Positions 14,891-29,415 of a stretch of 64,000 nt of DNA are shown here, piece after piece. A model generated the notes under the pieces. That model was not told where the DNA came from and did not search any database. It worked only from the letters and a program-made list of their open reading frames with translations. The position numbers and the translations under genes were made by a program. Location: assembly GCF_009914755.1 (NCBI RefSeq), contig NC_060928.1; one strand, 5' to 3'. Origin of the DNA: the human T2T-CHM13v2.0 reference genome, Homo sapiens. Each line of letters starts with the position of its first letter. The first letter of the stretch is position 1.

Positions 14891-16189
14891 TATAAAATTA
14901 AAAAATCTTATTTTTAAAAACTGAGAAGAAAAGAAAAAAGCATAAGAGCTTGCTATGGTTGTATAAGTGTGTAGAATTAGGTGCACACACACACACAGAC
15001 ACAATCAACACCTTATGACAATCTGCTAAAATGAAAGGTAAGATATTGCATGGTAATTATGAGACATCACCTGCTTCTTACCTCAGATATCTTTCTGGTA
15101 AGGCTTTGTCTACTGGAGCTTGATCACTCTTTCTCATGGCCATTATTTCTTGGAGGGAAAAGGACAGGAAGAGAGAGAGGGAGAGGAGAGGAGATGCTGG
15201 GTAGTATGTTTATGTGGAACACTTTCCAGTCTTCTTCAAATTGACTCATTGGTAAGATTGTATTTCTTATGGTTAAGATAATATAAGGTAATCGTGAGGG
15301 AAAGAGTAAACAGCTCACAGACAAAACTCTTAGGATCTCCTAACCCTCACTTTTGAAATTCACAATTGCTTTGAATGAAAAGGGAGTAGATAGTCTATTG
15401 AAGGAGAAGATTATTACAGATGAGGTTTAATATGCCCTCTTGACATATCCTATTCAGTAGAGCCCAAGAGTGATTGCAAATCCCCCAAAATGTTAAACTG
15501 AATTACTGAAAAGGATAAAAGTTTGGCAAAATGGTGAAAAAGAAAAACTGCAAGGGGTCCTCCTGGAGCCTTAGGTTTAGAGTCAGTTGTACCTGAATCA
15601 AGAGTTAAGAGGAACTGGAGTTTTTAAAGAACACACCACAAAACAAGTAAGCAGTTTATATTAACACGTATTTTCCAAACCAAAGTCAGCACACATGAAC
15701 TAACAAGTATGAGGGCGTTTGGGGACAAAGGGGTAGAATACTTTTAACTGAGGCTACCTTGGGAAATCTGGGTCACAGAGACAACAGAAAGTGAAGGGGT
15801 GATAGGCTATTGATCCTGCCTGTCCTGTCTCTTGTGATTGACATGTGTTAATCACCAAACCAATATCCATACTCTCTTCTTCTTTTTTCTTGTTTTAAAA
15901 TTGAACTCTTCTTTTATTGGTTGGCAATAGGACCAGCTTAAAAACAAACAAACAAACAAACAAACAAACAAAAAACCCAAAACATTTCCCAGGCTCCCTT
16001 TCAGCTTGTGCAGCCATGGGATTGAACTGCATGAGACATATTATGTGTAACATTTGGCGTGGTTATGTTCAACATTTAGCATGGTTCCTGGCACACTGTA
16101 AATAGTGGTAAATGGTGGTTATTATTGCAAATGAATTTTTAAAATTTCAAGTGTTATATAGTATAAAGGATCATTCTTCTGATTATAAC

Positions 16190-16730
16190 TGTGCCAGTTA
16201 TTAAAGTATTGTCTTTGAGCTCCAAATCCTCTTTTCTAGATTTGTCTCCGCAGTGTTGGGGCTAAGACTTTGCAAAACGTATTTCTGCTTTGTCAGCAGT
16301 TCCTCGTTGCTCTTCCATTAGGGGGCACTAGAGGGAGACTGAGCGTGGAGGAGGAAGAGGGTGAGCGCCGCTTCCTGTCTGGTTCTTGTTGGCTTCTGAT
16401 CAGCTTCCTGTTCACGTGAGCTGCACTCTAGCAGTGCTTTTCCCTCCTGGCACTGGCAGTGCTTTTAAGAATTGAATCCAGTTTGCAGTTTCTCTGACAC
16501 TTTCAAATATTGTGCTCCACTTCAGAGTCACTGGCACTGCCCATGCCTCATTTTTCAGAGGTCTGTGTCTCAGGCCTATGGGGCCTTTTCTCAACTCTTC
16601 TCAACAGTACCAGTTGAGCTGCACCCCCTCCTGAGAACTCTCACTTCTGCACAGGGCCACTCTTCCAAGCTCCTATGTTTTAATAATTCCAGCCTCTTCC
16701 TGTCAGCCCTAGGGGTGTCAGGTGTTGCCT
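16190..16730. mobile_element. ERVL LTR, LTR41/LTR33 family
   Basis: Starts TGTGCCAGTTATTAAAGTATTGTCTTTGAGCTCCAAATCC; contains TAGGGGGCACTAGAGGGAGACTG. Confidence 0.65.
16315..16330 (+). promoter_or_regulatory. Putative CTCF site within the LTR
   Basis: CCATTAGGGGGCACTA, one mismatch to the core CCASYAGRKGGCRS. Confidence 0.5.
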
Positions 16731-17110
16731 GAAGAATTTTCAGGAATTTTGCAAGTAGCTAAACCATTGGCGGCAGACCCCTATTTGGAGCTCTGGCTGG
16801 TGTTCTGAGCCTGCATTGTACACTGGTTCCAATGTCCCCAGACACGACATTGTATTGGGGCCCTGAGTCTTTTTCCTCAACCATGGTGGAAGGATTTACA
16901 TCATAGAATTTGGCAAATGGTACAAATAAGATTTCCTCAACTAAAGGGCAAGTTGTAATCACTTGGGAGCCTATCACTACTTTAGAGTTTATTTTTTATC
17001 CAATCAGTTACTCAGTTAACACAGTTAATTTATATTCATTTCACATAACTATTGTGGTTGTGTGTTCTGGATCGACCTTGAATGATATAAGAACCTTGTA
17101 GAGTTGTTAA

Positions 17111-17468
<358 letters not shown>

Positions 17469-19254
17469 GACAAATAACTTTTGTAAAGATTGCCTGACAC
17501 CTAGAATATTAGAGACATTTGATTAATTGTGTTACTAACATTAGTTAACATCAGTAACATGAGTTGATGCTGGTTGAGTCTCCAGGAGATATATAGAAAG
17601 CAATCTTGCATGTTTTAGAATATAGTTTATAATTTTGTCTTTTGTGTAGAAGGGAATGAGATGTAGCTACTAATCACATTTTTGCTGAGCAAGGATGACA
17701 CGTTTCTTGAAAAAAAATAAATCAAACATTGTTTTAAATATGTTAGGGTACTATGGGTCATAAGGTGTCCTATTATAAATCTATTGTAAAGGAAACAACC
17801 ATTTCCTATTTTGGCACTGGTGTAGATTTTGTTTCACAAATCAGGTTTCTAAAAAGCAAGGTATACGTGATATCTCTTGATTCCTTAAGATATACAGTCT
17901 GGATCTTTGGATAACTATATGCTTTCAGTTAAGGTTTTTGATCTCCATTTTAACTGCATAATTTTGCTTATTAGACTTGGAGAAACCTTTCGTTGGCTCT
18001 CCAAAGCTTTGATCTTGCTCAGTATGCCTATGTGAGTCTCCACAAAGTTATATTCTGAAAAGAGATGCCAACATTCTAATATAATCGTCAAAATGACTTG
18101 TAAGAAAAAGCAAACTTTTCATACAAATCCTACACTTAAAGATGCCTTCCTTCCAATAACATTCATTAAGGGACCATCTGTTTGCCTTTCATTATCATCC
18201 GGACCACTAATAAGCGAGTTTAATTTGAACAATGTTATTTGCACGCTACTTCTAAATTTAGTGCTTTTCAAAGAAGTCAGCAAGGCTGGCCTCCAGGAAA
18301 TAGTGACTTTGATGTAACATCTGGTATTCAGGGAGTTTCTGTGTAGTGCCCAACTAGTGGGTGGACCAAAGGGCAAAGGGAAGTCAAGCGACTTGCCCAG
18401 AGTCATGTAATTAGTTAATGACTTAACCTGGCATATCTGCGGTTTCTATCTGTGGCTAAAAGTCCTAGCCTGTGTATTTCTATTCTGTATGTTGTATAGA
18501 TAATGTGTATGCAGACATAGCACCCCCTTTCCAGCTAATATTCACAAACAGATAAACAAATGTGTATTGATCGGTAAGACTAATTATAGACTTATTTATT
18601 TGCGTCTTTCTCTATGGCGCTCCCTCCCTGTATTGTGGGAAGGAAATAAATTTCCTTGTATTAACCTTCCCTTCATTAAAAAATGGTTTGAATTAACAGG
18701 AAATTGTTATTGCCTGCAAAAACTTCTCTGTAAGTGAACTGATCTTTTTCCTTGCAAGAAAAATGGAAGGTTACACTGAACTAAGAGCCCACTTGATTTG
18801 CGGGAGACTGGAAGGCATCAACATTCAACCTTTTTTCCTTCTTAATTGTTTACCCCATTCTGCTTCCCTGGGCTGGAGATCAGAGATGTCAACACCTAAA
18901 ATGTAAGATTATAAAGAAAGTTTGAGGTTATGATGCTTTTATTATAAAAAGCAATTCTTTTTTGCTACTTTACTGGGTCAATACATTTTATAATCAACGT
19001 GTCATTTTAATATCCTTGCACCAATTATAGCATAATATATTCCATCTGATTAGTACTTTTAACTTTAGCGATTTCACATCTATGATTTAATTTAATCTTC
19101 TCAGGTTTTTATTAAAAAATTATTTGCATATTATGCATATTGTATATGCTTAGAATTGTTTTTTCATTACCAAAATAACTGTTTCAAATTTTATACGGTC
19201 AAGCATATCTTAATATCTTAGAAATTAAGAAAATTAAAATTCTAATCTGAAAAA

Positions 19255-19440
19255 TTGGAGTTTAAATCTCAGCTCTACTGGCTGTGTGACCTTGAGCAAA
19301 TTATTAGATCTTTGTAACTTCAAAGTCCTCATATGTGAAATATTTCACAGCATTGAGAGAATGAAATGAAATCACATGTAAAGCTGTTAGCACAGTGTTC
19401 TGATAAACGTTAAAAGGTCGGGAAATGGTTATTAATTGTT
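19255..19440 (+). mobile_element. MIR
   Basis: CTGTGTGACCTTGAGCAAATTA...ACATGTAAAGCTGTTAGCACAGTG. Confidence 0.75.
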
Positions 19441-19894
19441 TTTCCCATTCTTTTTCTTTTTCCCTGTAAAGTATATTAGTGTTCTGTGCTGGTTCTTGCC
19501 TGACCCTTAGAGAGTTTATGAAAATCACAGACACATCGTGGAATGAGAGGGCTCTTGAAAACCTTAGAAAGCTTAATTATAAAGTTAAACGGTGTGGTAG
19601 AGACTTGGTATTTAGCTGGACAGGATCCATTCCCTTTGCTTTGGGTGATGCCACCATGATTTACTTTAAGGTCATTCCTTTTGCTCTTTTCTGTGCAGTA
19701 TTGGGACTACTGCCAGAAAGTGACATGGTCTCCCTTGGCCAAGGGCTGGGCATGAGACCCAAGCTGTTCCAATTGTGGTGCCTCTCCTGGAAATTTGAAT
19801 CCTGGTGAAATAACACAAAAATTGGAAAATGATTGAAGCCAGTGGGGCCCTGAATTGATTATCCATCAGAAGAGCTATGTAGTACACTTGAGTG

Positions 19895-20210
19895 TCTAAG
19901 AGCAGTGACTTAGAGCCAGACAGCCTGGGTTTAACTCCTGGTTATATCACAGTTAAAGCAAGTTACTTATGGTTTAAGTGACCATAGCTAGGGCAAGTTA
20001 CTTACCTTCTTTATGCCTCAGTTTTTTTTTTATCTCTAAAGTGAAATCATTAATAGTACTGAATTCGCAGGGCAGTTGTGAGTATTAAATAAGTTAATAC
20101 TATTTAATAGATGTTTAGTGAATATCTAAAGGGCTTAGAAGGTACCTGGTATATATTAAGTAGAGTATGCATTATAACTGCAACTGCATATACTGGTACT
20201 ATTATTACTA
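19895..20210 (+). mobile_element. MIR with internal 12-bp duplication (GCAAGTTACTTA twice)
   Basis: AGAGCCAGACAGCCTGGGTTT...GGGCAAGTTACTTACCTTCTTTATGCCTCAGTTT. Confidence 0.75.
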
Positions 20211-20299
20211 CTCTGTTCTTGCCTCAAGATGCCCAAACCTACTCTCATTCCTGTTCTTCCCTAATTTTGGTTCTCTAGCCTTCCCTTTAATTCACTGCT

Positions 20300-20900
20300 T
20301 GAGGGCAGTGAACAAGAAGAGTAGTGAGGTCTGAGGGGCCATAAGCGGAAACCATGCAGGGCATGAATTAATAGTAAGGACGTTGGATTTTTTTCTAAGT
20401 GTAATGAAAGCAGTGATGTCCTGGAACTGGTTTACACCATTAATGAGACCTGATTGTTAGCTCCTCTTCCCAAGCTTGTGTCCAGTGATTTCAAGCTGGT
20501 TGTTAAATATTGACCAGCATACCAATGGATAGGAAGCTCTTGGATAAGGGAAGGAGAGTGGCACAATCTCATTTACCTTTTAGGAGGATCACCCTGGCTG
20601 CTCTGAGGAGAACAGTTTGCAGAAAGTCAAGAGTGGAAGCAGGGAGACCAGCTAGGAATCTATTGGTATAGTCCTGGGAGTGTTGATGCTGGCTCAGGGG
20701 TTGAGAGTGGTGATAGAGTATTAACAAATAGTGAAATGTAGGACACATTTTAGAGTCAGAGTGACAGTATATGCTGATGAATTAAATGAAGGATGTGCAT
20801 GAAAGAAAGGAATCAAGAATGACTTTATATTTGGGTTCTGAGCAACTGGCTTAATGGAGATGCTGATTATTGAGATGGGGAAGGCAGAGAAGTAGCATAT
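20300..20900 (-). mobile_element. L2, interrupted by a small hAT element
   Basis: AGGATCACCCTGGCTGCT, GGAAGCAGGGAGACCAGCTAGGA, GGAATCAAGAATGACT. Confidence 0.7.
20411..20527. mobile_element. MER63-like hAT MITE
   Basis: Imperfect TIRs CAGTGATGTCCTGG ... CCAGCATACCAATG. Confidence 0.55.
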
Positions 20901-20994
20901 TGGTGTTGAAACTTGTAGTCAAAAATTGTAATTTGGATCTCTGTTTCCAGTGTAGAAAAACTGAGGAACAAAAAACAATAATCATTGGAAAGCG

Positions 20995-21376
20995 TGTTGT
21001 AGTCAGCTTGGGCTGCTCTAACAAAATGCCATAGACTATCTGGCTTAAACAACAGACATTTATTTCTCACAGTCCTGGAGGCTGGGAAGTCCAAGATCAA
21101 GGTGCTAGCAGATTCAGTGTCTGGTGAGGTCGCCCACTTCCTGGCTTGCAGACAGCTGCCTTTTCCTTGTGTCCTCACTTGACAGAGAGAGAGTTCTAGC
21201 TCTAATCTCTTCCTTTTCTTATAAGAACATTAATCCCATCATGGGCACCCGTCCTCCTGACCTCATCTAAACCTAATTACCCACCAAAGACCCCACCTCC
21301 AAATACCATCACATTGGGTATGAGAGCTTTAACATTTGAATTTGGGGGAGATACGAACATTCAGTTCATAGTAACA
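20995..21376 (-). mobile_element. MLT1A-type MaLR solo LTR
   Basis: TG...CA ends; TTTATTTCTCACAGTCCTGGAGGCTGGGAAGTCCAAGATCAAGG. Confidence 0.88.
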
Positions 21377-21593
21377 AGTGACTATTGTTAAAAAGCCATA
21401 CAAAGAGGACGATGAAACTAGGGATTTGTCAGTTGGTAGAAGCAAAGCACTGGTGAGAAGCCAGATTATAGCTGAGAGTGAAGAATTGAAATTAAAATCC
21501 TTGAGGTCAAGTGTTAGCCTATTAGACAGAGAGCTGGCCACTTCTTAAAGTCTAAATAGGTTTCCAACTAACATTAAAAATGTACCTATTGCA

Positions 21594-21952
<359 letters not shown>

Positions 21953-22069
21953 TTATTGCTTTTCTAAGCTTACACTAGATTATCTCCAATGACTAAAGAA
22001 ATTGCTGATTATAAGGTTTCTATTTAACAATTCATGGTGACTCTTCAGGCCACGCTATTACAGTGGTAA

Positions 22070-22190
22070 AAGTATAGAATAATGGCTAAGAGCACAGGTG
22101 CTGGAGCCCAGATGCCTGGGTTCAGATCCCAGCTCTGTCCATTTCTAGCTGTGTGACCTTCAGAGAATTGATGGAGCAGTTTCTTATCTG
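22070..22190 (+). mobile_element. MIR fragment
   Basis: GCCTGGGTTCAGATCCCAGCTCTG...CTAGCTGTGTGACCTT. Confidence 0.7.
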
Positions 22191-24419
22191 AAACTTGCAG
22201 GTCTCATGGCAGAGGGAAAATACAGTTGGCTAACAATGTGTTAATGCTTACAGTTTCTTCTCAAAAGTGACAAATATGACTTTTGCTCATATTTCATTGG
22301 CCAAAGACAGTTAAATGGTCAAACCTGATGTCAACAGCATAGGGATATTTGATCACCTCGCAGAGAGGCAGTACAAGTCACAACGCCATGCCTGACTTCG
22401 ATCTCCTTCAGGCAGTGACAACCAATATTTTGAACAATAGCACAGGCTACCTATATATACATATACATGTGGACCTCATTGTTAGTATTTAACGACATAT
22501 GATCTTAAAGCTTTGGCTCCATGTTTATTACTGACAGCATCAAGATTCTCTAAAAAAAATTAAAAATTCTCATTAACACCTAGAAGGAACAGACCAGAGA
22601 ATTATACTCCTGGCAGCTCATTAGAAGAGAATGGCTGGCTTTCTTATCTATCTTGGAATTTTAGAATGTGTTATAATAGCAAATTTCTTTTGGGGACTTG
22701 AGTTTCTGTGGATTTCATGTCTAGGTTTTTGCTAGCAAGTGCTTGGATTTCTTCCCTGGCTGCCCTACAGGCATGGTGCTGCAACTCTGCCACTCATCAC
22801 ACTCCCTGGGTCTCATCATTTTTCTGCAAAACAGGGTAGACCAGTTGTCATCCACTTGACTCACAGTCATGTTGTGAGGATTAATGAGTTAAAGTTTGTA
22901 AAATGTCTCCAGCTCCTGAAAGGTGATAAGTAGAAGGCATAATTATTGGTATTTTCCCATCTTTATTTAGACTTGAAAGGCCTTTCTGGTCACCTTTGAG
23001 ATTTTGACATAAGCAGGCTACAGTGGTGAATTATTTGTTTTACAGCCTTTCTGTTTGACATTTCTCTACCCTCACCCCATCACAGTGACTTTAAAGAAGG
23101 AATAGTCAACGTTAACCTTTCCTGTCTCCATCTGTTGAGATTTTTGGCTTGTCTTATTGTTATTTTGTATATTTTATTCTACCATTTATAAGAACATGCG
23201 CTCAGACCTATGCTATTAGCTAACTAACATGGAGACATAAAGGGCAAACTATAGTCACATGTTTTATTCTATATAGTACCTGGTAAGTTCATAGGGTGGT
23301 TCAATGATTAACTAATATTATTCACAAACACAGGCTTCCAGTGAGCTCTCAATATAAACACCTCGTTACTAATTTAAAATGGAGTTCAAAACAAATGTTT
23401 ATTATTAATATATTCAGTACATTAACATATAGGCACTTTCCATCCCTGGCTTTGACCAGATAGCATATAGAGAAAGGAGAGAGAGAGGAATATTCTATCT
23501 AGAAGTCATTTCAGGGATGTCATTTAAGTTAGCATTATTGTATCCATTGTGATTTTGCCTTTGGGGTACAAAAATAAGCTGCAATACTTTTCCAGCCAGG
23601 CAAATTTGGTTTCTTTTAAGAACATACAAATAGATAGATTCCATGTTCCTATCTAAAGTCAGTACCACTTCAGAGTCACCTTTCTCCTTTAATTCTTGCT
23701 TCTGCAAAGCTGAATTTGGCTTTCCTTTAGTTCTAATGGAGGCAAGTTGGTAAATCCCTATCTACAATGAGGCTCAAGAAGTTACATGTAAAATTTGAAT
23801 CAGGAAGTTGAGGATTCGAGTTTTGGCTCATTTCTCTATTCAGTCAACAAACATTTCTAATGTGTTTGTTAGATATGGTACTATCTACCACACCACCCAG
23901 TACTACCTATCTAGCCTCCAGTGAGTTCTTGATTCACGGCAGTTTATTCAGTATGTAGCGATTGAGTGCAGGTGTAGGAGAAGCTATGGATTCTTTTTAT
24001 CAGTCATCTTTCTATGCTGTGTACAAATAATAGATAGACTGGTTATGGGTTAGGCTTTCCTGGGATCGAGTGATTTAATGTATGTTAATTTCTACCTCCT
24101 AAGCAGTTTTTGAGAGTTAGAATTTAGATGCACAGTTGTCACTGTTTTCTTAGGCAGACTTCTTATGTTCCTTGGCTGTTTAAAAGCTAAAGAATATTAA
24201 TGACAATGAACAACATTAGTCATTACTCAGCTCTGATTAAACAGGCATTCTAAATTGCTCAATGTATTGGTCTATTGATGCTTCCAAAATCCTCTGTGAC
24301 TGATCTTGGGCAAGTTATCTACCCTCTCTAAATCCTAGATTCTTTATCTATGCAGTGCAAATGATCTTGGTTACTTTCCAGGATTGCTACAAGTACTAAA
24401 TGAAACCATGCAGTCTTCG

Positions 24420-26060
24420 GACGAGTATTTATTGAGTGCTTCTTATGTGTTAGGTGCTGAGCCAGCTCCTAAGGGTATGGCCATGAAACAAATCTGGCAT
24501 TGTCCCCATTGTCATGGGGATTAAAGTCTAGGGAGGGAAATAGACATTAAATAATACAGATCATAATTACGATTGTGATCAGTGCTACAAGGTGAAAAAC
24601 AGAGTAATATTGACAAAGATTCTTTGCTTGACCAAACTCCTGAGCTTTCTCCTCGGCTTCTCCTAGGGACATCCAAGTACTTCTTTGTAAAATCCAGTTT
24701 TAGCAAGAACTCTGCTAAGTCAGTTACCTCCATCCTCCATATCTGATTACCCTTGATAACTAATTGCATTTTTCATCCTCTACCATTCCCCAGGTGATGT
24801 CTGACCACACTGACCTGTCTTCAGCAAGAATCCCATTAAGTCTGTTTAGCCAGAATCCCCCTTACAGCTGATGTTGCCTGTCAGTAATTTCCTAATCACT
24901 GACCCCCACCCTACTCCTTGGCTATAAATTCACACTTACCCATGCTGTATTTGGAATTGAGTCCAGTCCTATACAGAGGCCTCTTTTCTCCTATTGCAAT
25001 AGTCCAGTTTTTACCACCTTAACTGTGATCTGGTTCTGTTTTCTTTTTCACTATAAGTGAGTCTTACAGAGAAACTGAACAAGAATGTGGAGGTGGGGAA
25101 GGAAGATGCCCTTGGGAAGGGGACCTATAAGCTAAGACTTGAGGATAAGTAAGAGGAAGAAAAGGGGAGAATCAGGGAGGAGCATTTAGGCAAAGGAAAT
25201 AAGCTGAGATGAGATGGAGTTTGGTGCCTTAAGGCTATAGTGAGATTTCAGTGAACAAGAGTGAGAGGGATGCAGATGAGCTCGGGCGGCTGTTCAGGAT
25301 TTGATCGTGCAGAGCTTTGTAGGCTGTAGAAGAACTTTCGATCTATTCTAAAGGTTATAGAAACTGCTGAAACACATTAAGTAGATTTGAATTACAGTAC
25401 CTTTTCATCTGACTGATAGCAGTGTGGAGAAAAACTTAGAAGGAGGTCAGAATGGGTACAGCAAAACCAGCTAGGAGGCTGCTGTAATTGTCCAGGTAAG
25501 AAATGCTGGTGGCTTGGGGCTTGTGACGTCTTCATGGATGCAGAGAAGAGATGCATTGGATATGGTAGGCAAGGTCAGGGGTGGGGGGGCAGTTAAGAAA
25601 GCTGCCCACGTTTTCTGGGATGAGCTAACAAATGGAATATATTAGTGCTGTCTTTATTCAGAAATGGGACACTCCAGGTTAGACAGAAAATACTTTGGGG
25701 TAGACAGAGAATGCTAACTTCATCTTCAGGTATGTTTAAGTTTGGGGTGTCTGTGAAACATACAAGTGAAGACAACAAGTACACAGTGAATATATAAAGA
25801 TCTAGAGCTTAGAAAATAGGCCTGGATAGAAAATAGATTTTGACATAGAAAGGATGGTTATTAACATCATAGAATGAATGAAGTGGCTTAGGGAAAGGGC
25901 ACAGAGTAAGAAAAGCAGACCTAGGACCACACTTAAAGGAATATCAGTATTTAAAGGCTAACTAGAATAGTATTGGCCAAGGAGGCTAGAAAAGAATAGT
26001 AAAAAAGATAAGACAGAAATTAAGAGTGTGTAGTCACAGTACCAAACAAAGGTAGTTCTG
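24420..26060 (-). mobile_element. L2, interrupted by an LTR
   Basis: AGTATTTATTGAGTGCTTCTTATGTGTTAGGTGCTG at the start; AAACCAGCTAGGAGGCTGCTGTAATTGTCCAGG. Confidence 0.75.
24611..25050 (+). mobile_element. ERV1 solo LTR, MER31/MER67-like
   Basis: TGACAAAGATTCTTTGCTTGACCAAACT...TGTAAAATCCAGTTTTAGCAAG; TATA box GGCTATAAATT; ends TTCA. Confidence 0.75.
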
Positions 26061-26339
26061 AAGAAAATAGGCATGGATAGGCCCAAGGAATATTTTTGAA
26101 AGGATGGAAATGTTTTATTATTGACTGTGTTGATGATTAAATGGCTTTGTAAATTTTCTAAAAAGAGTTGAATTTTATACTTAAAAAGGATGAATTTTAT
26201 GGCAAATAAATTATATCTCAGTACACGGTAAAGGAAAAAAAAAAGAAAAAAGGCATGGTAATCATGTGGACAGTTGAAGAAGGATTGAGACAAAGACTAA
26301 GAAGTATCTCTTCTTTTTCCATCAAAAGAAGCCTTTCAC

Positions 26340-28650
26340 TTATCCACCACGATCAAGTCGGCTTCATCTTAAGGATGCAAGGCTGGTTCAACATATACAA
26401 ATCAATAAATGAAATTTATCACATAAACAGAACTAAAGACAAAAACCACATGATTATCTCAATAGATACAGAAAAGACCTTTGATAAAATTCGACATCCC
26501 TTCATGTTAAACACTTTCAATAAACTAGATATTGAAGGAACATAGCTCAAAATAATAAAATAATAAGGACAATTTACGACAAATCCACAGCCAATATCAT
26601 ACTGAATGGGCAAAAGCTGGAAGCATTCCCCTTGAAAACCGGCACAAGACAAGTATGCCTTCTCTCACCACTCCTATTCAACATAGCATTGGAAGTTCTG
26701 GCCAGAGCAATTAGGCAAGAGAAAGAAGTAAAGGGTATTCAAATAGGAAGAGAAGACGTTAAATTGTCATTGTTTGCAGATGACATAATCCTGTATCTAG
26801 AAAACCCCATCGTCTCAGCCCAAAAGCTTCTTAAGCTGACAAACAACTTCAGCAAAATCTCAGGATACAAAATCAATGTGCAAAAATCACAAGCTTTCCT
26901 ATACATCAACAAAAGGCAAGCCAAACCATGAATGAACTCCCATTCACAATTGCTACAAAGAGAATAAAATAACTAGGAATACAGCTAAGAAGGGAAGTGA
27001 AGGACCTCTTCAAGGAGAACTACAAACCACTGCTCAAGGAAATCAGAGGGGACACAAACAAATGGAAAGACATTCCATGCTCATGGATAGGAAGAATCAA
27101 TATCATGAAAATGGCTATGCTGCTGAAAATAATTTATAGATTCAATGCTATATCCCATTAAATTACCATTTATTCTTCACAGACTTAGGAAAAAAACTAT
27201 TTTAAAATTCATGTGGAACCAAAAAAGAGTCTGAATAGCCAAGACAATGCTAAGCAAAAAGAAAAAAGCTGTAGGCATCATGCTATCTGACCTCAAAGTG
27301 TACTATAAGGCTACAGTAACCAGAACCATCTGATCTTCGACAAACTTGACAAAAACAAGCAATGGAGAAAGGATTCCCTATTTAATAAATGGTGTTAGGA
27401 GAACTGGCTAGCCATATGTAGAAAACTGAAATTGGACCCCTTCCTCACACCTTATACAAAAATTAACTCAAGATGGATTAAAGACTTAAATGTAAAACCC
27501 CAAAACTATAAAAACCCTAGAAGAAAATCTAGGCAATACCATTCAGGACATAGGCACAAGCAAAGATTTCATGATGAAAATGTCAAAAGCAATTGCAACA
27601 AAAGCAAAAATGACAAATGGGATCTAATTAAGCTAAAGAGCTTCTGCACAGCAAAAGAAACTATAATCAGAGCAAACGGACAATCTACAGGATGGGAGAA
27701 AATTTTTTCAATCTATCTATATGACAAAGGTCTAATATCCAGAATTTACAAGGAACTTAAACAAGTTTACAAGAAAAAAAAACAACCCCGTTAAAAAGTG
27801 GGCAAAGGACATGAACAGACACTTCTTAAAAGAAGACATACATGCGACCAAGAAACATATGAAAAAAAGCTCAACATCACTGATCATTACAGAAATGCAA
27901 ATTAAAACCACAATGAGATACCATCTCATGCCAATCAGAATGGCAATTATTAAAAGGTCAAGGAACAACAGGTGTTGGTGAGGCTGCAGAGAAAAAGGAA
28001 TGCTTTTACACTGTTGGTGGGAATGTAAATTAGTGCAATCATTGTGGAAGACAGTGTGGTGATTCCTCAAAGACTTAGAACCAGAAATACCATTTGGCCC
28101 AGCAATCCCATTACTGGGTATATACCCAAAGGAATATAAATCATTCTATTATAAAGATACATGCATACATATGTTCATTGCAGCACTATTTGCAAAAGCA
28201 AAGACATGGAATCAACCCAGCTGCCCATCCATAATGGACTGGATAAAGAAAATGTGATAAATATACACCATGGAATACTATGCAGCCATAAAAAGGAATG
28301 AGATCATGTTCTTTGCAGGGACATGGATGGAGCTGGAAGCCATTATCTTCAGCAAACTAATGCAGGAACAGAAAACCAAACACCACATGTTTTCACTTAC
28401 AAGTGGGAGCTGAACAATGAGAACACATAGACACAGGGAGGGAAACAACACACACTGGGGCCTGGTGGGGGCAGGGGTGAAGGAATGGAGAGCATCAGGA
28501 AAAACAGCTAATACATGCTGGGCTTAATACATAGGTAAGGGTTTGATAGGTGCAGCAAAACATGATGGCACATGTTTACCTATGTAACAAACCTGCACAT
28601 CTTGCATATGTACCTAGAACTTAAAAAAAATCCTCCTGAAATTAAAAAAA
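26340..28650 (+). mobile_element. 5'-truncated older L1PA (about PA10-PA13): degenerate ORF2 RT/C-terminus and 3'UTR
   Basis: RT motifs [28 protein letters not shown] and LFADD in ORFs 26255 and 26632; internal deletion near 27320; GAGAGCATCAGGA-type 3'UTR. Confidence 0.93.
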
Positions 28651-28799
28651 GGAGGGTTTAATTAGAAAGGTAAAAGAGTGTTTGGGAGGAACTGAGAACT
28701 GAATGAATGGTGAGGAGTGAAGGTAGTGTGTGTGAACGACTGTTCTTAGATACGAAAGTGCTTTGCAAACTGTAAATCACATTGTATTGTATTGGGATT

Positions 28800-29415
<616 letters not shown>

